Shown here piece after piece: positions 44,503 through 52,958 of a stretch of DNA of 64,000 bases. Every line of letters starts with the position of its first letter. Position 1 is the stretch's first letter. Location: NCBI GenBank assembly GCA_937927445.1, contig CALAOB010000098.1, positions 6,515 to 70,514 of the forward strand, read 5' to 3'. A model generated the notes under the pieces. The model was not told the origin of the DNA. It saw only the letters and a list, made by a program, of their open reading frames with translations, and did not search any database. Source of the stretch: an uncultured Oribacterium sp. Lineage in GTDB: Bacteria > Bacillota > Clostridia > Lachnospirales > Lachnospiraceae. The translations under genes were made by a program, and so were the position numbers.

Positions 44503-45846
44503 TTATTCATTTCGAATCGCCGCCAGCGGACTCAGCTTCATCGCGCGCGCCGCCGGAACGTAGCCCGCGATCGTGCCGACCGCGATGGCGAAGCCGATCG
44601 CGAAGGCCGCGAGCCAGAACGGAATACTGGACAGACTGCCCATCGAGCCCGAGCCGAACATCATGGACCCGGCATTTTTCGTAAAGAAATTGATGATATA
44701 CGAAATCAGATAGCTGACCGTGAGTCCCGCAACGCCGCCCATGAGCCCGATCATACCGGACTCACAAAGGAACATGTTCCGTATATCCGGCATCGCACAG
44801 CCCAGCACCTTCATCACACCGATCTCCTTCGTCCGCTCATAGATCGACATCATCATAGTATTCATGATACCGATCGCCGCGACGAGCAGCGATACGCCAC
44901 CGATGCCGCCCAGCACGAGCTGCACCATATTGAGCTGCTGCTGTGCCTGCTTCAGCCACTCCATACTGGAGCTCACACTGAAGCCCATGTCCGAGATCTG
45001 CTTCTGCACCGCGCTGACATTATCCATATCATCGACGAACACATAGACGTTATTGTAGACATAGTACGGATACGGCTTCCCGTTTTTATTCGTTCTCGGA
45101 TTCGGCACCAGCGCCTTCTTGTAGATCTTCTTCAGAAAACGCTTCAGGCTGTCGATGTCGGTGTAGACATTGTACGAGCCATCCGACCAGTCCTCGGCAC
45201 CGCCCTTCATGATACCGGCAATCGGGAAGATGTACTTTTTCTGCTTCGGTTCCTGCGTACTGCCCTCACTGCTCTGTGTTCCCTGCGAGAGGCTCGACTG
45301 CGGGAAGGTGATGAATACCGTATCCTTCTCCGGATCGATCTCGACGTTTTCCCAGGTTTTCTGCTTATAGAAGCTGCTGTACAAGATCTGATTACCGTAG
45401 AGGAGCTCCAGCGTATCCGAGTTCGCCGCCGGCAGATGTCCGCCGTCCCGGAGCTCGAGTTGCCGGAGATAATCCTGGGTGACACCCACGATGCTGAAGG
45501 TGCCGCTGATGCCCTTGCACTTTGCCTCGATATTCACCTCGATGGACGGGCTCACGCCGGTCACATGAGGAATATGCTTAAAGCTCTCCACAGTCTCATC
45601 GGTCAGCATCATGGACTGGTTGCCATTCGTACCGCCGCCATAGCCGCCCTCGTATACATCGATGCGGGTCAGCGAGCCCATGCTTTGGTAGGACTTCAGC
45701 ATCATCGCACTCATGCCGATGCCGAGACTCACCATGACCACGATGGACGCCGTACCGATCGCGACGCCGAGGACCGTGAGTACCGTCCTCATCTTCCGTC
45801 GCTTCAGGTTACTCGTTGCGAGCTTGATAAGATCAAATAGTCTCAT
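44503..45846 (-). CDS. ABC transporter permease, FtsX/MacB type
   Basis: 447 aa with an N-terminal TM helix, a large extracytoplasmic domain and a C-terminal FtsX-like 3-TM bundle. Confidence 0.88.
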   Translation of the reverse strand: MRLFDLIKLATSNLKRRKMRTVLTVLGVAIGTASIVVMVSLGIGMSAMMLKSYQSMGSLTRIDVYEGGYGGGTNGNQSMMLTDETVESFKHIPHVTGVSPSIEVNIEAKCKGISGTFSIVGVTQDYLRQLELRDGGHLPAANSDTLELLYGNQILYSSFYKQKTWENVEIDPEKDTVFITFPQSSLSQGTQSSEGSTQEPKQKKYIFPIAGIMKGGAEDWSDGSYNVYTDIDSLKRFLKKIYKKALVPNPRTNKNGKPYPYYVYNNVYVFVDDMDNVSAVQKQISDMGFSVSSSMEWLKQAQQQLNMVQLVLGGIGGVSLLVAAIGIMNTMMMSIYERTKEIGVMKVLGCAMPDIRNMFLCESGMIGLMGGVAGLTVSYLISYIINFFTKNAGSMMFGSGSMGSLSSIPFWLAAFAIGFAIAVGTIAGYVPAARAMKLSPLAAIRNE

Positions 45847-47902
45847 CGTTTTCCTTTTCCTGCTTCTTCTTATCCTTATGCTTCTTCACGAATACCGCAG
45901 CCGCCGCCAGCAGCACGACGCCACCACCGATGATCGGAAGCTTAAAACGCTGGAAAAATCCCGGCGTCTCCTCCGGCATCATATCCATGCCGCTCATGTC
46001 ATCCATGTTCTCCATCGGCTCGTTCACCATGAGGTTCACCGACTGCTCGGAGGTATGGACCTCTCCGTTCACATCCTCGTAGCTGATGATGACCTGAATC
46101 GTGCCATCATCCATGGTCGGAGCCGCACCCGTGATCATCGCATCCACAGACCCCGACTCACCCGGCTTGATATTTCCGACGTAGCTGCTGGTATCGTTGA
46201 TCGAGTCTGCCTTAAACTCCGCGGTCACATTGTAAAGGATGACCTTACCGGTGTTGTTGATGTTGAACATCACATTTGCTTCACTGCCGACGTCAATGCT
46301 TTCAGGCATCACATCGTAGTTGGACACAGAAAGTCGTGCCTCCTGGTTGACGGTGATGTTCAGCGTCACCTTCTCCTCGGCGTTCTTGAAATCCGGGGAG
46401 TCATACTTTTCATTGATGGTCAGCGCATAGGAACGCGGATCAACGCCCGGTTCCGCCACCATATTCCATGCGATTTCCTTCGTCTCACCGGCCGCGAGGC
46501 TGTTGATGACATAGGAGTTCGCGCCGTTCTCCGTCGACAGCGCCGAGGACTCATTCACCTTTTCCGACTCGAGGGACAACAGGATATTGCTGGCACTGAT
46601 GCCGGTACTTGCGTTCTGCATCTGTACCACCAGCTTAAACGGCTGCCCGGCGTACACCTTCTCCGGTTCGGTATGATAGCCCGCTACGACGAGACGCGCC
46701 TTTGATCGGTCGTTCGCATTGAAATCACGCTGACTGTCGGTTTCATCCGTGGTCGGGTTACTGATATGAACGTAGTAGGTATACTGCTCCGTCTTCGTGA
46801 TGGTCGCGTCCGGCGTCTCCTTATAGCTCACCGTGAAGCCGATGGCATGATCACCGCTCTTCGAATCCTTCGCGATGGCCATCGAGTACGGTGCCGAGAT
46901 CGTCTGATCTGCCTCCACACGGACGAAGCTGCGGTCATAGTTCTCCTCCGTCACACGGAACGGGAAGCTGCTGTAGTCGACCTTTCCGGCGGACGCCGTC
47001 GAAGACGCATCACCGGAGGCAGCACCGCCATTTCCCTTATTCATCTTCACGACGACATCATAGAGCGCCCGTCCCTTCTTATTGCGAAGATTCACGGCGA
47101 ACTGTACGGTGCCCGGATAGGTGCCGCTCGGCGTCGACTGTCCCTCGCCGAGCACGAAGGCCTGATCCTTCGTCACGCTGGTCGGATTCGAAATCGTTCC
47201 GAGGTCCTGCACATAGATATTGATGAACTCGGCACGGCTGAGACTGCCATACTGTCCCGTCGAGTTATACGGCACATCGTAGTTCATCGAGATCGGGATC
47301 GCATAGTAGCCTTCCTTGATATCGTTCCGGATCTTGACATTAAAGGTCACCTCCTTATACTCGCCCTTCTGCAGCGAGCCGAGGTTCTTCTCCTGATTCA
47401 TCGTCGAGGTACCGATCTCAAGTGGATAGGTACCGCCGTCCACCGGATAGGTGAGGCCGAGCGACGCATTATAGGCACGCTGCGCCCCCGCCTGGTAGCC
47501 TTCATTGTATGCATCATGCTGCAGGGACTCCTGCTCATTATCCGAGTCCTTATCATATGGATTCGACTTGTTCGAATTCGGCACGATGCCCTTCGTATTC
47601 AGCAGATTCTGATCCTGGCTCAGGCGCACGCGCACGTTGTTGATGACATCACCCGTCGGATTATAGAGTCCGTTCACGCCGTTAAAGCCCACCTTCACGG
47701 TCAGCTGGAAATCCTGTCCGATGCCGGCGACCGGTGTGTCTGCCGCGTCATGGATGAAGGTGTTCATGTTGGTATCGACGTAGGACGCCTGTGCCTCCAT
47801 CGGCTGTACGAAGGACAATGCAGGCGACAGGAGCGCGAGCACCATCGCGCCGCACAGAAAGCGCCGAAGGATCGTATGCTTCTTTATCTCAAAATGCTTC
47901 AT
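45833..47902 (-). CDS. large secreted beta-rich protein with a C-terminal TM anchor (partner of the ABC exporter)
   Basis: Start MKHFEIKK with a signal peptide ending MEAQA. About 640 aa of beta-sandwich-like sequence, then C-terminal helix IIGGGVVLLAAAAVFV plus a KKHKDKKK tail. The 14-nt overlap with the permease gene suggests coupling. Confidence 0.75.
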   Translation of the reverse strand: MKHFEIKKHTILRRFLCGAMVLALLSPALSFVQPMEAQASYVDTNMNTFIHDAADTPVAGIGQDFQLTVKVGFNGVNGLYNPTGDVINNVRVRLSQDQNLLNTKGIVPNSNKSNPYDKDSDNEQESLQHDAYNEGYQAGAQRAYNASLGLTYPVDGGTYPLEIGTSTMNQEKNLGSLQKGEYKEVTFNVKIRNDIKEGYYAIPISMNYDVPYNSTGQYGSLSRAEFINIYVQDLGTISNPTSVTKDQAFVLGEGQSTPSGTYPGTVQFAVNLRNKKGRALYDVVVKMNKGNGGAASGDASSTASAGKVDYSSFPFRVTEENYDRSFVRVEADQTISAPYSMAIAKDSKSGDHAIGFTVSYKETPDATITKTEQYTYYVHISNPTTDETDSQRDFNANDRSKARLVVAGYHTEPEKVYAGQPFKLVVQMQNASTGISASNILLSLESEKVNESSALSTENGANSYVINSLAAGETKEIAWNMVAEPGVDPRSYALTINEKYDSPDFKNAEEKVTLNITVNQEARLSVSNYDVMPESIDVGSEANVMFNINNTGKVILYNVTAEFKADSINDTSSYVGNIKPGESGSVDAMITGAAPTMDDGTIQVIISYEDVNGEVHTSEQSVNLMVNEPMENMDDMSGMDMMPEETPGFFQRFKLPIIGGGVVLLAAAAVFVKKHKDKKKQEKENDETI

Positions 47903-47931
47903 GATTTTATACCCCTCTATATACACCGTAC

Positions 47932-48714
47932 TCAGCCGAGCGGCGTCACAAGCGCGTATGGCGGATTTCCGGTTTCTGTCTCTATTTTCTGTTCGATCGG
48001 GCTCTTCGGATTGATCACCGTCTCGACGATCTTACCATCGACGACACGTAACTGCCGGTCCGCCCAGGAGGCGATATGCGGATCATGGGTGACCATGATC
48101 AGTGTACGGTCCTCCTCGCGTACGATTTTCCGGAGAAGGCTCAGTACATCCTCCGTCGTATGCGAATCGAGATTACCGGTCGGCTCATCGGCGAAGATGA
48201 TCTTTGGATCGATGACGAGCGCCCGGGCGATCCCGACACGTTGCTGCTGTCCGCCGGACATCTGGTTCGGCATATGCTCTCCCTGATCCCCGATCCCGAT
48301 CAGCTTCATATATTTCTCCGCTTCCCGGATCCGCTTTTCATACGGCACCCCGCGGAACATCAGCGGCATCGCGACATTCTCGACCGCATTCATCGAGCCG
48401 ATCAGATTATAGCTCTGGAAGATGAAGCCGACATTCTGACGCCGGAAGCTGACGAGCTCCGCTTCGCTCATCTTATCGATGCGCTTGCCCGCGATCTGAA
48501 TCGCACCACGACTCGGCGCTTCCAGACCCGCCAGCATATTGAGACAGGTTGACTTACCAGAGCCGGAGGTACCGACGATCGCGACGAACTCCCCCTGGTA
48601 GACATCGAAGGACACACCATTCAACGCATAGACCTTATTGTCTCCGATTTTAAAAATCTTATATAGATCCCGCACCTTGATGATCGGTTCCACTGCATCT
48701 CTCCTGTACTTCAT
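47932..48714 (-). CDS. ABC transporter ATP-binding protein (MacB/LolD type)
   Basis: Walker A GTSGSGKST, signature MSGGQQQR, Walker B IIFADEPT. The start is uncertain (ATG 48714 preferred; the ORF is open to 48771). Confidence 0.88.
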   Translation of the reverse strand: MKYRRDAVEPIIKVRDLYKIFKIGDNKVYALNGVSFDVYQGEFVAIVGTSGSGKSTCLNMLAGLEAPSRGAIQIAGKRIDKMSEAELVSFRRQNVGFIFQSYNLIGSMNAVENVAMPLMFRGVPYEKRIREAEKYMKLIGIGDQGEHMPNQMSGGQQQRVGIARALVIDPKIIFADEPTGNLDSHTTEDVLSLLRKIVREEDRTLIMVTHDPHIASWADRQLRVVDGKIVETVINPKSPIEQKIETETGNPPYALVTPLG

Positions 48715-48847
48715 CGATAAATAAACGAGTTTCGTGGTCTTCATTATATGACAGGAATAGCTCATATACAATGAACGAATTTATGAACTCGCCGTCACGA
48801 AAATTAAGATTTACAAGCCACCCCTCCGCGGTCCCTGCTCAACTGTA

Positions 48848-48879
48848 TACAAAAAGACCTGTGCACGTGCACAGGTCTT
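48848..48879 (-). terminator. rho-independent terminator of serS
   Basis: AAGACCUGUGCAC/GUGCACAGGUCUU followed by UUUGUAU. Confidence 0.8.
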
Positions 48880-48885
48880 CGATCA

Positions 48886-50205
48886 TTATGCGTTTGCCGG
48901 CTTGCCTTCGATGGAGTTCCACTTCGGGATGAGTACCTTGGTACCACCCATGTACGGCTGAAGCACCTCCGGGATGGTGATGCTGCCATCCGCCTGCAGA
49001 CGGTTCTCGAGGAACGCGATCAGCATACGAGGTGGTGCAACACAGGTGTTGTTCAGCGTGTTTGCGAGATGGATCTTTCCATCCTTACCCTTGATACGGA
49101 TGTGCAGACGTCTCGCCTGAGCATCACCGAGGTTCGAGCAGGAACCGACCTCGAAGTACTTCTTCTGACGTGGGGACCATGCTTCGACATCGCAGGACTT
49201 CACCTTGAGGTCTGCGAGATCACCGGAGCAGCACTCCAGTGTTCTGACCGGAATATCCATCGAACGGAAGAAATCAACGGTGTTCTTCCAGAGCTTCTCG
49301 TACCAGTCCATGGCATCCTCCGGCTCACAGACGACGATCATCTCCTGCTTCTCGAACTGGTGGATACGGTACACGCCTCTCTCCTCGATACCGTGTGCGC
49401 CCTTCTCCTTACGGAAGCAAGGAGAATAGGAAGTAAGGGAAAGCGGAAGGGTATCTGCCGGAAGGATCTCATCGATGAAACGACCGATCATCGAGTGCTC
49501 GGAGGTACCGATGAGGTAGAGGTCCTCGCCCTCGATCTTATACATCATGGCGTCCATCTCTGCGAAGGACATGACACCATCCACAACCTTGGAGCGGATC
49601 ATATATGGCGGAATCACATAGGTGAAGCCGCGGTTGATCATGAAATCACGCGCATAGCTGAGTACGGCAGAGTGCAGTCTCGCGATGTCGCCGATCAGGT
49701 AGTAGAAGCCGTTACCGGCAACACGGCCGGCTGCATCAAGATCGATACCACCGAAGGACTCCATGATGTCGGTATGATACGGTACTTCAAATGCCGGAAC
49801 GACCGGCTCACCGAAGCGCTCGTTCTCGACGTTGTGAGAATCATCCGGACCGATCGGAACGGACGCATCGATCATGTTCGGGATGATCATCATGCGCTTC
49901 GTCACCTCAGCCTGCAGCTTCGGCTCCTGCTCCTCGAGCTCCTTCAGACGCGCGGTAAATGCACCGACCTCAGCCTTGACCTCTTCTGCCTCCGCCTTCT
50001 TACCCTGCGCCATCAGCGCACCGATCTGCTTCGACACCGAGTTCTTCTTCGCACGAAGCTCATCGGCCTCCTGCTGGCACTTTCTCGCCTCGAGATCGTA
50101 CTTGATGACCTCATCGACTAACGGAAGCTTCTCATCCTGAAACTTCTTCCGGATGTTTTCCTTGACAAGCTCCGGGTTTTCTCTGACAAATTTAATATCT
50201 AACAT
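48886..50205 (-). CDS. serS: seryl-tRNA synthetase
   Basis: Start MLDIKFVRENPELV with a GGGGAGAGGA SD. Has the coiled-coil N-arm and a class II core. 439 aa. Confidence 0.93.
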   Translation of the reverse strand: MLDIKFVRENPELVKENIRKKFQDEKLPLVDEVIKYDLEARKCQQEADELRAKKNSVSKQIGALMAQGKKAEAEEVKAEVGAFTARLKELEEQEPKLQAEVTKRMMIIPNMIDASVPIGPDDSHNVENERFGEPVVPAFEVPYHTDIMESFGGIDLDAAGRVAGNGFYYLIGDIARLHSAVLSYARDFMINRGFTYVIPPYMIRSKVVDGVMSFAEMDAMMYKIEGEDLYLIGTSEHSMIGRFIDEILPADTLPLSLTSYSPCFRKEKGAHGIEERGVYRIHQFEKQEMIVVCEPEDAMDWYEKLWKNTVDFFRSMDIPVRTLECCSGDLADLKVKSCDVEAWSPRQKKYFEVGSCSNLGDAQARRLHIRIKGKDGKIHLANTLNNTCVAPPRMLIAFLENRLQADGSITIPEVLQPYMGGTKVLIPKWNSIEGKPANA

Positions 50206-50255
50206 AGGATCCTCTCCCCTTCTGCGAAATCTTTCTGGCGTTAAACGCACCATTT

Positions 50256-50284
50256 ACTATAGCTTGATTTACGTCTGTTTTCAA
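50256..50284 (-). promoter_or_regulatory. candidate serS promoter (TTGAAA-17-TATAGT)
   Basis: Hexamers with a 17-nt spacer. Leaves about a 45-nt leader, too short for a T-box. Confidence 0.55.
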
Positions 50285-50311
50285 GTCATTCCGTCATAGT
50301 TGACAGTCCTG

Positions 50312-50345
50312 CCCCGGAGTGCTGGCAACAGAGGCACAGTACTCC
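50312..50345 (-). repeat. solo fragment related to the outer arm of palindrome copy C; also forms a local hairpin after the pdxK-like gene
   Basis: Minus-sense ggagtactgtgcctctgttgccagcactccgggg matches the copy C arm ggagtactgtgcttcggttgacgatcctccgggc at 26 of 34 positions (hand count). Confidence 0.55.
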
Positions 50346-50363
50346 GGCACCCCATTCGATCAG

Positions 50364-51248
50364 CTACAGTGCACTGAGAATGTCCTCGAACTGAACACCG
50401 TAGACGACCGGGACCTGCGCCTCCTCGCTGTGGCGGATGCAGAGCGCGACGAAATCGGCAGCCCGGCGGGTAGCGTTCTCGAGCGTCTCGCCGCGGAGTC
50501 ACAGGCTCGCGACGATGGCACTGAAGAGGTCGCCGGTCCCCGGGCGGGCATCTCCGGTACGGGCATGATCAACGAAACGGAGATCGCCGTCCGCCTCCGA
50601 TACGACATTGATCAGGGCTTCCGGCGGCATCGCTGCAGCCTCTTCTGTCTCCGCATAGGCCTCGACGCCGGTCACGATGATCTGTCCGTTTGTCAGGTGA
50701 TGAAGCTCTGAAAGCAGGGCGTGCATCACCATCCCGCGTGTCGCGTCGCTCGTACAGTGGTCGAGCGTCTCCTTCAGCCCCGCATAATCGAAGTCGGCGA
50801 GGAAGGCCGCTTCCGTGAGGTTCGGGCAGATGAGATTCGCTTTCCGGCAGAGCGCGCGCATCGCCTCGATGTGCTCCTCCGTCATCCCGCGGTACAGGCG
50901 GCCGTGATCCGCCATCGCCGGGTCGAGGAAGATGCGGAGCTTCGGATTCCGCTGCTTCTCCGCCTCGAGATACGCGTCGAGGGCCCGGAGATCCGTACAG
51001 TCACCGAGGTAGCCGATCAGGATGCCGTCGAAATGGATGTTATTTTCGTTCAATGTCTCGAGCCGCTCTTCCATCAACTCCCCGAGTCCTGTACTGGATA
51101 CGTGGGGGAAGGCGGTATGGTTGCTGAGCACCGCCGTCGGAATCGGGCAGGCGGTGAGCCCGAGCGCCGAGACGACCGGAATCTGGATGGAAAGCGAGCA
51201 GCGGCCGACACTGCATAAATCATTGATGAGCGCAAGTTTCTTTAACAC
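50364..51248 (-). pseudogene. pdxK: pyridoxal/pyridoxamine kinase (PdxK/PdxY family) with one in-frame TGA at 50499-50501
   Basis: GTG start with an AGGAG SD. The 249-aa ORF ends ...RPGTGDLFSAIVASL-TGA. The same frame continues LRGETLENATRRAADFVALCIRHSEEAQVPVVYGVQFEDILSAL-TAG, giving a normal family length of 294 codons. Confidence 0.75.
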
Positions 51249-51259
51249 GAAGGACTCCT

Positions 51260-51922
51260 TTATGCGTGCAGGATGGCGTTAAATGCCTTTACATTCTCCG
51301 CCATACGCTCCCGTGGCTTGAAGACGGCAGAGCCGGCGATGAAGAAGTTCGCCCCGGCATCCTTGATTTCCTGTACGTTGTCGAGGGTGACACCACCATC
51401 GATGCCGATGTTCAGCTCGAGACCGAGGGCGTCTGCCTGCTTGCGGAGGGCACGGATCTTCCCGATCGTATACGGGATCAGCTTCTGACCACCGAAGCCC
51501 GGGTTGACCGACATGATAAGTACGAGGTCCAGCATCGGAAGGACACAGTCCAGGGTGCTGATCGGGGTCGCCGGATTCAGGGCCACACCGGCCTTGAGGC
51601 CACGCTCCCGGATCTGCTGGAGCGTACGGTCGAGGTGCGTGCAGGCCTCCTGATGCACCGTGATGCCATCGGCACCGGCATCGGCGACCGCATCGATGTA
51701 GCGCCCCGGCTCGGAGACCATCATATGGACATCGAAGAAGCAGTGGTTATCCTTGCGTACCGACTGGATCACCGGCATACCGAAGGAAATATTCGGCACG
51801 AAATCGCCATCCATCATATCGAAGTGCAGGTACTTCGTGCCCGCCTCCTCGAGTACACGGAGGTCCTCACGCAGGGTTCCGAAATCAGCAGATAAAATCG
51901 ATGGGGACAGATCATAATTCAT
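51260..51922 (-). CDS. rpe: ribulose-phosphate 3-epimerase
   Basis: Start MNYDLSPSILSADF with an AGAGGAGA SD. 220 aa. Confidence 0.93.
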   Translation of the reverse strand: MNYDLSPSILSADFGTLREDLRVLEEAGTKYLHFDMMDGDFVPNISFGMPVIQSVRKDNHCFFDVHMMVSEPGRYIDAVADAGADGITVHQEACTHLDRTLQQIRERGLKAGVALNPATPISTLDCVLPMLDLVLIMSVNPGFGGQKLIPYTIGKIRALRKQADALGLELNIGIDGGVTLDNVQEIKDAGANFFIAGSAVFKPRERMAENVKAFNAILHA

Positions 51923-51960
51923 AGTATTCTCCTCTGCCGTCTTCAAACGGCGTTTCATAA

Positions 51961-52947
51961 TCAGTATCGCTTCTGGTCCTTCAGCTCCTGATAGAGCATG
52001 ACATAGCTTTCATAACGCTCGCGGGCGATCTTTCCTTCCTCAACCGCACGCTTCACCGCACAGTCCTTTTCGCCGATGTGCACGCAGGTGTTGAAGCGGC
52101 ACGCACTCCGGTAGTCCTCAAACTCCGGGAAGTAGTACATCAGCCGTTCCGGCTCGATGTCCGTCACATAGAGGGAGGTGAAGCCCGGTGTATCGAGCAC
52201 ATAGGTCTCATCATCGATGTAAAAGAACTCCGAGTGACGGGTCGTGTTCTTCCCGCGCTCGATCTTCTTACTGAGCTCACCGGTTTCCATGTTCGCCGCC
52301 GGGTGGATGAGGTTCGTGAGCGAGGACTTGCCGACACCACTCGGTCCGGAAAGAACGGTGGTCTTTCCGCGCAGTACCTCCATGATCTTCGGCAGGCTGT
52401 CCTCGTTCCGTGTGCTGATTTCGAGCACCGGATAGCCCGCCTGACGGTAGATCTCCGGAATCAGCTCCGGATGCTCCGCATGGATCTCCGGGATGGTCTT
52501 TGCCCGTGATTTTTTCTTCTTCCAGGCATCGCGATCCTCCGGCACCGTCTCCTCTTCCTCTGCCGTGTCCTCCCCTGGCTGCACGAGGTCGACCTTGTTA
52601 AAGAAGATCACCACCGGGATCTCCCGCTGCTCCATATGGATGAGGAAGCGGTCGAGCAGGTTCAGATTCGGATCCGGATGGCGGAGTGCGAAGATGACGA
52701 CCGCCTGGTCGACATTCGCAACCGCCGGTCGGATCAGCTGATTTTTCCGTGGCAGGATGCGGATGACGGAGCCCTCATGCGCCTTCTCCGAATCCTGTAC
52801 CGGTTCGATCTCCGCATCATCGCCGACGAGCGGCTTCTCGTTCCGGTTCCGGAAGATGCCCTTCGCGCGGCACTCATAGTCGCCCTCCGGGGTATGGACA
52901 TAATAGAAGCCACCGATGCCCTTATAAATTTTACCTTTTAAAACCAT
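51961..52947 (-). CDS. rsgA: ribosome small-subunit-dependent GTPase A
   Basis: OB-fold N-terminus, GPSGVGKSS motif and a C-terminal Cys cluster zinc site. Contains an acidic/basic insertion. Confidence 0.9.
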   Translation of the reverse strand: MVLKGKIYKGIGGFYYVHTPEGDYECRAKGIFRNRNEKPLVGDDAEIEPVQDSEKAHEGSVIRILPRKNQLIRPAVANVDQAVVIFALRHPDPNLNLLDRFLIHMEQREIPVVIFFNKVDLVQPGEDTAEEEETVPEDRDAWKKKKSRAKTIPEIHAEHPELIPEIYRQAGYPVLEISTRNEDSLPKIMEVLRGKTTVLSGPSGVGKSSLTNLIHPAANMETGELSKKIERGKNTTRHSEFFYIDDETYVLDTPGFTSLYVTDIEPERLMYYFPEFEDYRSACRFNTCVHIGEKDCAVKRAVEEGKIARERYESYVMLYQELKDQKRY

Positions 52948-52958
52948 GCATTACCTCT

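Noticed and set aside
50206-50500. T-box riboswitch upstream of serS (AATGGGGTGCCGGAG looked T-box-like)
   Set aside because: Most of this region is the in-frame continuation of the pdxK-like gene plus its 3' hairpin. The serS leader after the candidate promoter is only about 45 nt. I found no specifier stem, no proper T-box sequence and no terminator/antiterminator pair.
50499-50501. Selenocysteine or genome-wide TGA reassignment as the explanation for the pdxK stop
   Set aside because: TGA terminates normal-length genes in this window (for example oppA at 1239-1241, ispH and the 53-aa ORF). The position is not catalytic. Only a weak downstream hairpin exists, not a convincing SECIS element.
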